Positions 20,094 to 30,031 of a stretch of 64,000 nucleotides of DNA are shown in pieces. Position numbers and translations under genes: made by a program. Source of the stretch: Promethearchaeota archaeon Loki_b32 (lineage in GTDB: Archaea > Asgardarchaeota > Lokiarchaeia > Sigyniarchaeales > SOKP01). Below the pieces are notes generated by a model that was given only the letters and a program-made list of their open reading frames with translations, ran no database searches and was not told where the DNA came from. The stretch covers positions 1 to 64,000 of the forward strand of contig NJBH01000006.1 in the NCBI GenBank assembly GCA_005223125.1. The letters are read 5' to 3'. Numbering within the stretch: the first letter of the stretch is position 1; every line of letters begins with the position of its first letter.

Positions 20094-20523
20094 TTGAGTT
20101 GATGACCTTCTGTTTAGGTCGAGCTGGCAGGAGTCACTTTTAAAATAATCATAATCGACAACCCTCATATACTTTATATTTTTGTAATTATATTTTGAGA
20201 GTGTAATGTATGAAAAGAGCGAAGCAGTAAAACAAGTGAGAGGGGAGCTAATTCAACAAACTCTGGATAAAATTTATGAGACTCTGGATTTTAGTGATCT
20301 TAGAACAAACACATATGGATGATAAAAGAGTAACTGTAGATAATCCTCAAAAGGAATTAATTGAAGAAGCTGAAAAATATATTAATGAAGCAGAATTGAA
20401 GTTAAAGAATAAAAGATAATCATACTCCAGAGTTTTTCCGGATTTCATCTTCTTTAATTCTAAAAATCTAGGATTTTTTATTTATAAATATAGAACAAGA
20501 TATACAACTAAAACATCTTTAGG

Positions 20524-20988
20524 TTGAAAAATGTGAAAATCATAAAGGAAGATAGAGATCAAGGTACAGTGACTTCCATAGAATTCTTTAAAGAACATTA
20601 TAAAGAATTAGGAGAGATTAGATATCTCATTCTTTATTATGCTGAGAGAGAATGGAGCATAAACCATAACTTACAGCATCAGTACACGATCTTTATTGGG
20701 GAGAATGCTCAATTATGGTTATTTGGTATAGCATGGGGGTATTATGGACAAGAACCTTCTGGTTTGCATGAGATAATAGGTATGATTGATCCTGAGATTA
20801 CTTATAAGCAAATTGTAGATTTAGAGTGGATGGCGGAAGAACCGATAATGTTTGAAATTGGTGAAAGCAAATTTATTTTGAAACATATAACTGAAAATGT
20901 TAAGGAAATACTTCGCAATGGAAATAGATTTTTACCATGGGATATACGAAATGTAAGCCAACGAGATAAGAGTGAAAGAAGAACTTAA
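20524..20988 (+). CDS. Hypothetical protein ending in an eS26-like C-terminal peptide
   Basis: 154-aa ORF with a WGYYGxEPxGL motif; ends RNVSQRDKSERRT. Confidence 0.7.
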   Translation: MKNVKIIKEDRDQGTVTSIEFFKEHYKELGEIRYLILYYAEREWSINHNLQHQYTIFIGENAQLWLFGIAWGYYGQEPSGLHEIIGMIDPEITYKQIVDLEWMAEEPIMFEIGESKFILKHITENVKEILRNGNRFLPWDIRNVSQRDKSERRT

Positions 20989-21041
20989 AGTCTACTCTTT
21001 ATATGTTATTACTTTCTTATCATATTTTTATAAATGAAGAA

Positions 21042-23027
21042 TCATAGATTTAATTGTTTAAAGAAAGCTGGAAGATTATAAATTATTTTGACCATATCTT
21101 TTGTTGTAGTCTCTATAATAGCCCTAATTAAGAAATCGTTCTTTAAATCTTCTTCAGGTTCATAAATTTTCACCTTAGCTGTTGATTTAATTTTAAGAGT
21201 ATAATTTTCAGCAATTCCGGTAACATTTTCACTAGTTTTCAATTTAATTCCCAATAAACCTAATTCATAATGGGAAACAATAAAAAGAATTTGTTCTGGG
21301 ATTTTTTTGGATTTTTCGAAATACACAACTTCGAAGTAATCATCTTGAAGTTCCTTTGGAAGTTTTGAGAAGGGAATTGTTTTTTTTTTTCCTGTAATAT
21401 ACGGAAATGGGGTATAAAACAAGAGATTAAAACTTGAGATTTTTTTAATTTGTTCATTATATTTTTCAACATCCTTAATTGAGTAAGCTTTATCTAATAA
21501 AACATCTAATTTATCGACCATATCTTCCGCTGAATATCCGGCCAAAACCGTTGCAATATAAGATCTTTTAAGCTTTTCTATTAAGGTTTCACTTTTGTAT
21601 GTTAATTTATAGTCAATTGAGATTTCCAATGCTTGATTGTAAAGATTTACAGCAATTTGAGAATGTCCTAATGCCAAGAAATAATCCCCTAATTCACTAA
21701 ATACTATTATCGCATCGAGAAAATTTTCTTCGAAATCAATTTTTGAGATTTCATCCATGATATTCATTGCTGTATTCTTATCTTCACCTTGAATATAGAT
21801 TGCTATAGCTTTACCGATTAAAGATTTAAGACGTAACTTATCATCTCCATAAATATCGGCTAATTCTTCAGTAAAATTATATTGTTTAATAGCATTTTCA
21901 TAAAGTCCATGAAATAGATATATTAAGGCTTTGATATAATTTAGAGTTAAACAAGTCTTATGATTATGGATTATGATGGAAAACAATGCAGCTCTTTCAA
22001 GTGAATCTATAGCTGCGTTAATCCGGCCAAGCGAAACTAATAAATACGCCCGCAAAAATTCCATCTTGCTAATTTCAGAACATATCAACTGCTCCACAAT
22101 CTCATAATCCTTGATATTTGTTAACTGCCCCGATGCGACTTGAAGTAACGATACTAAAAAACCATTACCTGTTTTTAAATATTTTACAGCATCCTTTGTT
22201 TCACTTTTTATTATCGCTTCTCGAGCCCGGATTACATATTCCCTTGAAATTTTTAAATTTTCAAGAAATTTTACTATTCTAATTATTTGATCCTCTTCAC
22301 TTTGAGGGAGATCCTGATTAGATATATACTTCTCAGCAATGTTAATTTCATCTGCATATTTTGTAGCGCCGATCTCAAATTTAACACCAGTATCGGGATT
22401 TTCTAACTCAACATCTTGAGATAATATCGATGTTTCTGTAACTGCAATCGCTTTTTCAATCAACCAGGTTATTTTTTGTTCAGCGGGATATATTTTAGAG
22501 CGTTCAATCATATATGATAATGTATAATTTAAACTTCTTTTCCAAAGTTCTTTAAAATATTTTCTCATCTGAGATTTAGCAATTGTTCTCTGTATTTTCA
22601 ACAAAAAACTTGAAAGTGATAATATATTAATTTTTCCCTTGTAGAGTAAATTTGTATTCTTTGCTAATTTAAAATCATCGGTTACTAGGTGAACAGGCAA
22701 AGCACTATTTTCATCCATTAATTTCTTTCCAATGCAGACAAGTGTTAAATCAGGATCTTGAGCAGGAAATCTAATATTAAATTGATTTAAATCGTCTTTA
22801 ATAGCATCTATTTCTCTTGGGAGTACTTTTTCTACATTAATTATGTTTTTTAGCTTGTCTTTATATGTATGTGGTGCTTTTATTTCATCAAACACGACTT
22901 GAGAAATATAATATTCATATCCTAAATCTTCAGCGACAATTTCTAAATTTTTTAGAACATTACGGGCTTTAATTTGGAGCAGACAAATGAAATAATTAGC
23001 ATCAAATATGATTCGCTGTTTAGGCAT
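21042..23027 (-). CDS. PIN-domain (Nob1/VapC-like) + TPR-repeat protein
   Basis: IIFDANYF, VFDEI, DPDLTL and LVTDDFKLA acidic PIN motifs; TPR-like helices such as ELGDYFLALGHSQIAVNLYNQALEI. Confidence 0.75.
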   Translation of the reverse strand: MPKQRIIFDANYFICLLQIKARNVLKNLEIVAEDLGYEYYISQVVFDEIKAPHTYKDKLKNIINVEKVLPREIDAIKDDLNQFNIRFPAQDPDLTLVCIGKKLMDENSALPVHLVTDDFKLAKNTNLLYKGKINILSLSSFLLKIQRTIAKSQMRKYFKELWKRSLNYTLSYMIERSKIYPAEQKITWLIEKAIAVTETSILSQDVELENPDTGVKFEIGATKYADEINIAEKYISNQDLPQSEEDQIIRIVKFLENLKISREYVIRAREAIIKSETKDAVKYLKTGNGFLVSLLQVASGQLTNIKDYEIVEQLICSEISKMEFLRAYLLVSLGRINAAIDSLERAALFSIIIHNHKTCLTLNYIKALIYLFHGLYENAIKQYNFTEELADIYGDDKLRLKSLIGKAIAIYIQGEDKNTAMNIMDEISKIDFEENFLDAIIVFSELGDYFLALGHSQIAVNLYNQALEISIDYKLTYKSETLIEKLKRSYIATVLAGYSAEDMVDKLDVLLDKAYSIKDVEKYNEQIKKISSFNLLFYTPFPYITGKKKTIPFSKLPKELQDDYFEVVYFEKSKKIPEQILFIVSHYELGLLGIKLKTSENVTGIAENYTLKIKSTAKVKIYEPEEDLKNDFLIRAIIETTTKDMVKIIYNLPAFFKQLNL

Positions 23028-23201
23028 TAGAAAACGAAATTTTTTTGAATCCTATAGAAAAATTTTATTTAAATATATTAAATTGCAATCTATTTAATTT
23101 TTTTTTATTTAAACAAACAAATGAAAATAGAAAAAGAATCCGAAATATTTTAAGATATAAATTTTAGAAGTACTTAAGCAAATAAATAATAGTAACTAAG
23201 A

Positions 23202-23717
23202 GTGATTCTCATTCGAATAATAGACGTCATTGGATATTCAGGTTCAGGAAAGACATGCTTTATTGTAAATGCTATAAAACTACTTAAAAATAATTTTAAT
23301 TATAATGTTGCAGTGATAAAAAATGTAAAACATCACTCTGTTGATGAAAAAGGAAAAGACTCTTATAATTTTACTAAAGCTGGAGCATCTTATTCCGTGA
23401 TTCAAAATATAAAGAATGAGACTGCTATTTTTGTGGATAGTAAAGAGTTAAAAAATAATGTTCTTATAAAATGGATAAATAATGGCCCATATAAAATAGA
23501 TGTACTATTTACCGAAGGTTTTAGGAATTTAAACAATCCAACTGTATTATGCATTTCGAATTTAAGTGAAATTGAAGAGCAATTGACAAAAAATGTTAAA
23601 ATGATTTCTGGGATAATCTGTGTCGGAAATTTAAAGGAAAAAGAGATTTTTAATTTACCAATAATAGATATTGAAAATGAATTTTCAAAATTTGTAAATA
23701 TTTTTAACCTAAATTAA
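23202..23717 (+). CDS. mobB: Molybdopterin-guanine dinucleotide biosynthesis protein B
   Basis: GYSGSGKT, VAVIK, DEKGKDS, AGA, TEGF. Confidence 0.88.
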   Translation: MILIRIIDVIGYSGSGKTCFIVNAIKLLKNNFNYNVAVIKNVKHHSVDEKGKDSYNFTKAGASYSVIQNIKNETAIFVDSKELKNNVLIKWINNGPYKIDVLFTEGFRNLNNPTVLCISNLSEIEEQLTKNVKMISGIICVGNLKEKEIFNLPIIDIENEFSKFVNIFNLN

Positions 23718-23729
23718 TTTAATAAAAAT

Positions 23730-25652
23730 TTAATCAAGATTTTTCCAAAATGGGGCAAAATTTTGGCATAGAAATTTAAAATCTTTTATGATTTTCTCAT
23801 CTTCAATATCTAGAAGTAGAATTTCACTCAATTTTTCATAAACTTTAATTTCATTTTCAGGATCCTTAACAGAATTTCGAACATCCTGTATTAAATTATT
23901 TAGCGGAATTATGATCTCATATATTAACCATTCTTCGAAAAAGGGTTGATCAGAAAAAGAGTGAATATTATAGGTAATCATGATTTGTAATAATTCTTCG
24001 ACACTGTAAAACTTTTTTTCCGGAATAGTTATGTTAAATTTTTTCATTTCTCCCTTAAGTTGCTCTCTGTTTAAACTAATTATATAATCTGGCCACACAT
24101 CATCAGAATAGTTTATATCTTGAAATACAAATAGTTCTAAAACCCTCAAAGCAATATTTTTTCCAATATAACGACTGCGTGGATCTATAAAATTTTTAGA
24201 GGCATCATCTGGGGAAGATCTCATAAAAATTTTATCAATAATTACATAGAGAATTCTACATATATGATCAACAACTATATTGAATGTAAATGGTGTATTT
24301 TGTGGATCTTCAGAAAGAGATTTATTTTCTTGAGTAATAATTTGGGAAAAATTTGAACCTAAACTTTTTAGGAATGTTCTGAAAAACCCATAATTTAATT
24401 GAGATATATTTTTGTTAAATATCCTCTGAAAAAAGAGATCAATGTTCTTAATATTTGATAAAGCAGAGAGGAAATTTAAAAATTCTTTTACATTTTTAAT
24501 AGAATTTGCTCCTATTACTTCTTCTACATCCTTATTATGTTGATTTAGTGTATCTTTGAAAACTTTTGGTAAAAATAGTAAATCTCCTACTTCTAACGCT
24601 TCTAAACCACTCCCAAAATAATACTTCATGTATAATAAAAAAAGATTTAGTTGAGATTTTGGAGATGGTAGATTGTTTGCCTGGAAAGTTGAGTATAAGG
24701 TTGATTTCTTATCAAGATAATCAAAAAATACAATGATAGAATTTTTCTTCTCGGGTGAATAGTCAAGGTTAATTAAAAATTCTTTTTTAATAATATCCCA
24801 TTTAGAAAATATAGAATCTTCTACTCTCGCTCCTACAAAATTAAAAAAATCTAATAACGGGGAGAAGCTTTGTAATAAATTGCATTTCTTATAAAAATAA
24901 TAAAGTAAATCAACTAGTTTTTCTTTTGAAGAAGAATATTCTTTTAAAGCAATTTGATATAATTTTTCTCTTCCTTCAAGTAATTTTGCAAAATAATCTT
25001 CTGGAATACCTTTAATTTGTCTCAAGAAATAATATAAAACCATATTATAATAATAATTGAAAGTTTTATCTTTACTGTCTTTAACTATAATCATAAAATT
25101 CAAATTTTTGTTTACATCTGTATTTTTGACTATAACAGCATCAAGTAATATATAAATCCTTTTCTGGATCACTTTTCTAATCACAATTCCTAAAAAGCGA
25201 ACAAGGAAATAGAGATACCACGTTATAAGGGAAAATCCATATAAAATTTCAACTTGGAAATCATCTGAAATTTTAGCAAATTGTTCTTCTTCATTTGGAT
25301 TGAGAAGATAATTATATTCAAAGAAGGTTATTTTTTCAGAAATTTTTTCCTTGTTAAATAAATTGAGGGAATTTTTTTTAAAGCTAAAAAACTCTTCTAA
25401 GAAGTAACTGAATAAATCATGAAAATTTTCATAGAAAAATGATGTAAATGTTTTCTTAATTACTCGATTTTGATTTTTTTTTTCAAATTCTTCCCATTTT
25501 AATTGAATATTATTTTTAAATTCTTCAAATTTAATACCATTCTTTTTCAAAACTTCAAATAACACGCTATTCATTTTTTTAATACTAAAATCTAGCATGT
25601 TAGCTCTATCTTGAAGATTTTCGACAATATATTTTAATTCTTTAAAGGCCAC
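23730..25652 (-). CDS. Hypothetical protein
   Basis: 640-aa ORF, no recognised motif. Confidence 0.8.
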   Translation of the reverse strand: MAFKELKYIVENLQDRANMLDFSIKKMNSVLFEVLKKNGIKFEEFKNNIQLKWEEFEKKNQNRVIKKTFTSFFYENFHDLFSYFLEEFFSFKKNSLNLFNKEKISEKITFFEYNYLLNPNEEEQFAKISDDFQVEILYGFSLITWYLYFLVRFLGIVIRKVIQKRIYILLDAVIVKNTDVNKNLNFMIIVKDSKDKTFNYYYNMVLYYFLRQIKGIPEDYFAKLLEGREKLYQIALKEYSSSKEKLVDLLYYFYKKCNLLQSFSPLLDFFNFVGARVEDSIFSKWDIIKKEFLINLDYSPEKKNSIIVFFDYLDKKSTLYSTFQANNLPSPKSQLNLFLLYMKYYFGSGLEALEVGDLLFLPKVFKDTLNQHNKDVEEVIGANSIKNVKEFLNFLSALSNIKNIDLFFQRIFNKNISQLNYGFFRTFLKSLGSNFSQIITQENKSLSEDPQNTPFTFNIVVDHICRILYVIIDKIFMRSSPDDASKNFIDPRSRYIGKNIALRVLELFVFQDINYSDDVWPDYIISLNREQLKGEMKKFNITIPEKKFYSVEELLQIMITYNIHSFSDQPFFEEWLIYEIIIPLNNLIQDVRNSVKDPENEIKVYEKLSEILLLDIEDEKIIKDFKFLCQNFAPFWKNLD

Positions 25653-25834
25653 ATTTAATCAAATATTTAATCAGTTTATCTTTTTAATCAGTATTTATCA
25701 AACCTAAGAAATAAATGCTATATATATTATAACATAAAATTTTGAAAATAAAAATCTTAGTTAAATGAGGAAAAATATGGTGACTTCAATATTAAGGTAT
25801 ATCTTAAAGAAATTAAAAGATAATATTAGCAAAA

Positions 25835-26863
25835 TTAAAATAATTTTGTAATTTCGTCAGTTTCTGTGTATTTAAGTGGTTCCTTTCTTCCATCTTCTTT
25901 TTTAACCACTAATCCTTTATCTCTAGGGGTAAATTTACCTATTTGTTCTGTAAATACTTGATTATCTCTAAGTAGCTCAATTAAATCTGATGAATCTTCT
26001 TGGTTTACAGCAATTAATAAGGATCCAGATGATAAAGTATTATATGGATTAAGATGAAATATTTCACTTAAAATTTTCGATTCTGGTAAAATTTGGATTT
26101 TACTTTCTTCAATTTCCACGCCTGTATTTGAAGCAATCGTCATTTCAGCTACACCTGTGTAAACACCACCTTCGGTAGGATCATGTATAGATTTTATTTT
26201 AAAATGGTTATTTGCCAAGAGAGCCTCGTTAAAAACACTTATTCCCGGGTTATAAAGGTAATCCTTGCATTTTTTTATAAAGTCATGACTGAACTTTTTA
26301 TTTATCAGTTCATTTTCTTTTTCACGTCCAATTATAGACGTACCTTCAATAAAAATACCTTTTGTTAGTATAAGTGCATCTCCGGGTTTTGCTCCCGATG
26401 TAAGTACAAGTTTTTTCTTCTCAACCTCTCCAATCAAAGACCCAACTATTATTGGTCTGTCAAGCCCAGGTGTAACTTCTGTATGACCACCTACTACAGT
26501 TATCTCCATTGATTTACATGTATCATGGATACTTTTAAAGATATTTTCGACAACTTCACTCGTAGTTATACTTTCCGGCAATAAAATTGTAGATTGAAAC
26601 CATTTTGGTTTAGCTCCTGTGCATACAAGATCATTTACATTCACAATTACTGCATAATAGCCAATCTCCTCAGTTGCAAAAGTAATTGGGTCTGTTTTAG
26701 CTACTAAATAATTAGGTCCTGGTATATCTATAACTGCGGCATCTTCACCGATTTTAGAACCCATAATTACCCTATTATCTTTTATTTCTATATTTGAGAG
26801 CAATTGAGCTAAAAAGTCGTGTTTAAGCTTTCCAAGATTAAATTTTTCATTAACTCTATTCAT
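25835..26863 (-). CDS. AIR synthase-related (PurM/HypE superfamily) protein
   Basis: GEDAAV, KTDPIT, NVNDL, GGHTE, HDPTEGG, SSGSLL. Confidence 0.88.
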   Translation of the reverse strand: MNRVNEKFNLGKLKHDFLAQLLSNIEIKDNRVIMGSKIGEDAAVIDIPGPNYLVAKTDPITFATEEIGYYAVIVNVNDLVCTGAKPKWFQSTILLPESITTSEVVENIFKSIHDTCKSMEITVVGGHTEVTPGLDRPIIVGSLIGEVEKKKLVLTSGAKPGDALILTKGIFIEGTSIIGREKENELINKKFSHDFIKKCKDYLYNPGISVFNEALLANNHFKIKSIHDPTEGGVYTGVAEMTIASNTGVEIEESKIQILPESKILSEIFHLNPYNTLSSGSLLIAVNQEDSSDLIELLRDNQVFTEQIGKFTPRDKGLVVKKEDGRKEPLKYTETDEITKLF

Positions 26864-27148
26864 TGTTATAGTCTTTTTAGGGTTTCATGATTTATTAAAA
26901 TTTTGAGCAATTTATTAGTCAATTACCACTTTATAACATTTTTATTGAGTATTGGAATAAAATGGTTTTAATTTAGAATTATAATATGAATATGAATAAA
27001 TGCATCCATCATAATACTATAGGAACTAAAACAAATCTTCAACAAAAGCATGTAATTTAATTTATTTACACCCGAAAATTTAAAATCTAGTTCTTCCTTG
27101 AAAATAATAAGAAATAATCATTCACTTATAAAAAAGAGTGTAAGTAAA

Positions 27149-27676
27149 ATGGGATTTGGTAAAGCATTTTTATTGAGTATAGTTGCTTTTGTTGGATTAA
27201 ATTTTATTTTTACAATAATTTATTTTGCTCTTGGTGATGGATTTGATGTTTTGTTCGATAACATTCAAGAGGCTCAACTAAGAATTCTATATTATTTATT
27301 TGGTTCAATTGTTAGTGCCCCATTTTTTATTTTTAATGTAACAATAGTGCAACCCTTTTTGGGAACTTTCGTTCTAGAGACTTTTATTTTTTGGTTAGGA
27401 TATTTGATTGCTCCTATCATTGCAGCGATTCTTGCAGGAAGGTTTGGTGAAAGTAAAATCCAATGTTTTGGCGGTTGGGCCTTAACAGCAATAATAAGTA
27501 CAGTATCAGTAATTATCGCAGCGTTTTTAAGCCCTATAACTGAAACCGAACTATTGAATTTGTACTTTTTGCTTGATTTTGATCACCTTCTTATCTTTGC
27601 AATCACAGGTTGCGTAATAAACATATTTTTCTATGGTTTCTTCGCTCTCCTTGTTTCTAAAATAGAGTATTACTAG
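27149..27676 (+). CDS. Hypothetical membrane protein
   Basis: Several hydrophobic helices; likely start at MGFGKAF. Confidence 0.75.
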   Translation: MGFGKAFLLSIVAFVGLNFIFTIIYFALGDGFDVLFDNIQEAQLRILYYLFGSIVSAPFFIFNVTIVQPFLGTFVLETFIFWLGYLIAPIIAAILAGRFGESKIQCFGGWALTAIISTVSVIIAAFLSPITETELLNLYFLLDFDHLLIFAITGCVINIFFYGFFALLVSKIEYY

Positions 27677-28059
27677 TTTTAAGTTATAATTACTGAATTT
27701 CTCCTTTTTTTTATTTTTTCTACTTAAATAATATAAAGTCTGAAAATTAAGTTAATTCCTTAATTTTTAAATTAAATGATAAAAAAATTTGTTTTATTTT
27801 TAAAGTTTAATTTAAATGTAATATTAGGAAGGGAAACAAAATTTTCAATCTTACATTGGATTTCGCCTTTAATAATCTTTTTTTTATAGAAAATTTGAAT
27901 TTTGTTATCCTTGTCCTCTCCTTTTTATTGTACTATTCTGAAAAATTCATACTCCACATTTTATACTTATATTAATGCGTTAATAGGATTCCCGCTCTTA
28001 AATTAATATAAGTAAAATAATAGTATTAGTAAAATTTAAGATATAAGGTCATTAATAGG

Positions 28060-28395
28060 ATGAGTTCAGGAAAAATAGAGGGAAATTATTTTAAGAATGT
28101 TCAAAATAGTTTAATATCTGATGAATTAGCTATTTTTACTGACTGTATTTTACAAAAAAGTACTAATTTTGAATCTGAATCTTATAAAAAAGCATTAAAA
28201 AATGATTTTGATCTTGATTTAGAAAAGAAGGATGAGTATTTCATAGATAGTCATTTTAATATGATAAAGGAAATACATTTTATTTTAAAGAATTCAGCAG
28301 ATCTTACTCAAAATCAGAAATTTGCTTATTGTAATAGTCAGAGGTTTTTTATGAAATTGTATTTACAAAGAATTTCGAAAAAAATAGAAATATAA
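28060..28395 (+). CDS. Hypothetical protein
   Basis: 111-aa ATG ORF. Confidence 0.6.
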   Translation: MSSGKIEGNYFKNVQNSLISDELAIFTDCILQKSTNFESESYKKALKNDFDLDLEKKDEYFIDSHFNMIKEIHFILKNSADLTQNQKFAYCNSQRFFMKLYLQRISKKIEI

Positions 28396-28400
28396 TTGAA

Positions 28401-29849
28401 TTATATTTTTCTATTAGGGGAATTATGAGATTTTAAAAATTCCAAATAATCACATAAAAGGGAGAAGCTTTTTGCAGCATCCCTTAAAGAAAAGAAATAT
28501 AAAACTCTTTTTTTATGCAATAATTTTTTAGCAGAATTAAACCTTTTTGCGAGAGCACTGTCGTCAGCAATATTGGGTAAACAAAATGCATAAGGTTTTA
28601 AAGTTGATTCAAAAATTTTTATCATTCTATTAAAAACATGTCGATAGATATGATCTGGCCAAAGAGGTATCATAATTATATTTATATTTGGATCTTTAAC
28701 TACAATTTCAATACATTTAGTAAAAATATTTAAAATAAATCCAGATGCACCCAAATCAACAGGATTTTTAATATTTACGTTAACATATGGTAATACTTCA
28801 GCAATTTTGGATTGTGATTCAGGAGTCAACTCTGGAATTTTAAGATTTTGAGAAGCAAATAGATCTGTAATATTAACAGATGATCCTCCTCCAGGAGTAA
28901 TTATCCCTATATTTCTTCCTTTTGGAGAATATTTTGGATATAATAATTCGAAAGTTTTAATAGTATTCCAAAATTCTTCATTATCTTTAACAAGAATTGT
29001 TCCTGTTTGCTTAGCCATAGATTTCCATAACCTATCATTTGAAGCTATCGCTCCAGTATGGGAATATGCTGCTCGAGATCCGTCTTTCGTGTATCCTCCC
29101 TTCCATAATACTACTGGTTTAGATTTTGTTACTTTTCTCAGTTCTAAAAAAAATTCATGACCTGTTGCTGAACCAAAAGATTCTAAATAAGCTGCAATAA
29201 GAGTTGTTTTTGAATGTTGATGATAATGTCTTATTAAATCAACGCAATTTAGGTCAATTTGATTACCGAAACTAATACCATATCGTAATCTGATGTCTCG
29301 TTTATAACCTACATTAACTAATTGAGTAAAATGTCCTCCAGATTGTGACATAAATGAGACACCTCCATATTCCCCATTTTGTAAAGCAAATGTGAAAGCC
29401 ATCCCCGTTTCTGCATTTAATGGACCTAAACAATTTGGACCAATTATTCTTGTATTCGAATCTTTGATAATCTTTAAAAGCTCTAATTCTAATTGTTTTC
29501 CTTCAGGATCACCCGTCTCAGAAAATCCTGAAGCAAAGATGATAACCCATTTTATTCCTTTTTCTACACATTCTTTTAAAACATTTGGAATGAACTTTAT
29601 TTTTAAGGAAAGGTATGCAATATCGATGGGATTCGGAACATTTAAAACTGAAGGATAACACTTCCAGCCCAATATTTTATCGTACTTAGGATTTATGGGA
29701 TAAAAAGTTTCAGACCATATAGAATCCCTAAAAGCTGGTAAATACATCATTGATCCAAGCCTTGAGCTTTCTGATGCTCCAATAAATGCGATATGTTTAG
29801 GATAAAATAAGGAGTTAAGTTCTTCAAATCCAATTTGTTGCTTAGCCAT
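28401..29849 (-). CDS. acdA: ADP-forming acyl-CoA synthetase, alpha subunit
   Basis: YPINP, SGFSETG, IGPNCLG, SQSG, SFGNQ, SHTG phospho-His, NPVD. Confidence 0.9.
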   Translation of the reverse strand: MAKQQIGFEELNSLFYPKHIAFIGASESSRLGSMMYLPAFRDSIWSETFYPINPKYDKILGWKCYPSVLNVPNPIDIAYLSLKIKFIPNVLKECVEKGIKWVIIFASGFSETGDPEGKQLELELLKIIKDSNTRIIGPNCLGPLNAETGMAFTFALQNGEYGGVSFMSQSGGHFTQLVNVGYKRDIRLRYGISFGNQIDLNCVDLIRHYHQHSKTTLIAAYLESFGSATGHEFFLELRKVTKSKPVVLWKGGYTKDGSRAAYSHTGAIASNDRLWKSMAKQTGTILVKDNEEFWNTIKTFELLYPKYSPKGRNIGIITPGGGSSVNITDLFASQNLKIPELTPESQSKIAEVLPYVNVNIKNPVDLGASGFILNIFTKCIEIVVKDPNINIIMIPLWPDHIYRHVFNRMIKIFESTLKPYAFCLPNIADDSALAKRFNSAKKLLHKKRVLYFFSLRDAAKSFSLLCDYLEFLKSHNSPNRKI

Positions 29850-30031
29850 TAACTAAATAAAATAATGAAATTTTTAAAAATTTTCTAAAGACTTAAAAAA
29901 TTAAAGCCAGATAAAAAGAGTTGGAGTCATATTTGTTTTGAAAAACCAAATTTTTAATTCAATTTACAACTAGACTACACATACTTAGTGAATATTTTCT
30001 ATAGAAAAAAAAAGAATTTGGAGAAATTGAA

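Larger units (their letters stand above)
12036..20988. mobile_element. Putative genomic island inserted in the 3' end of rps26e
   Basis: The last 13 codons + stop of eS26 are duplicated at 12036-12077 and 20947-20988; accessory cargo; internal direct repeats; no integrase seen. Confidence 0.6.
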
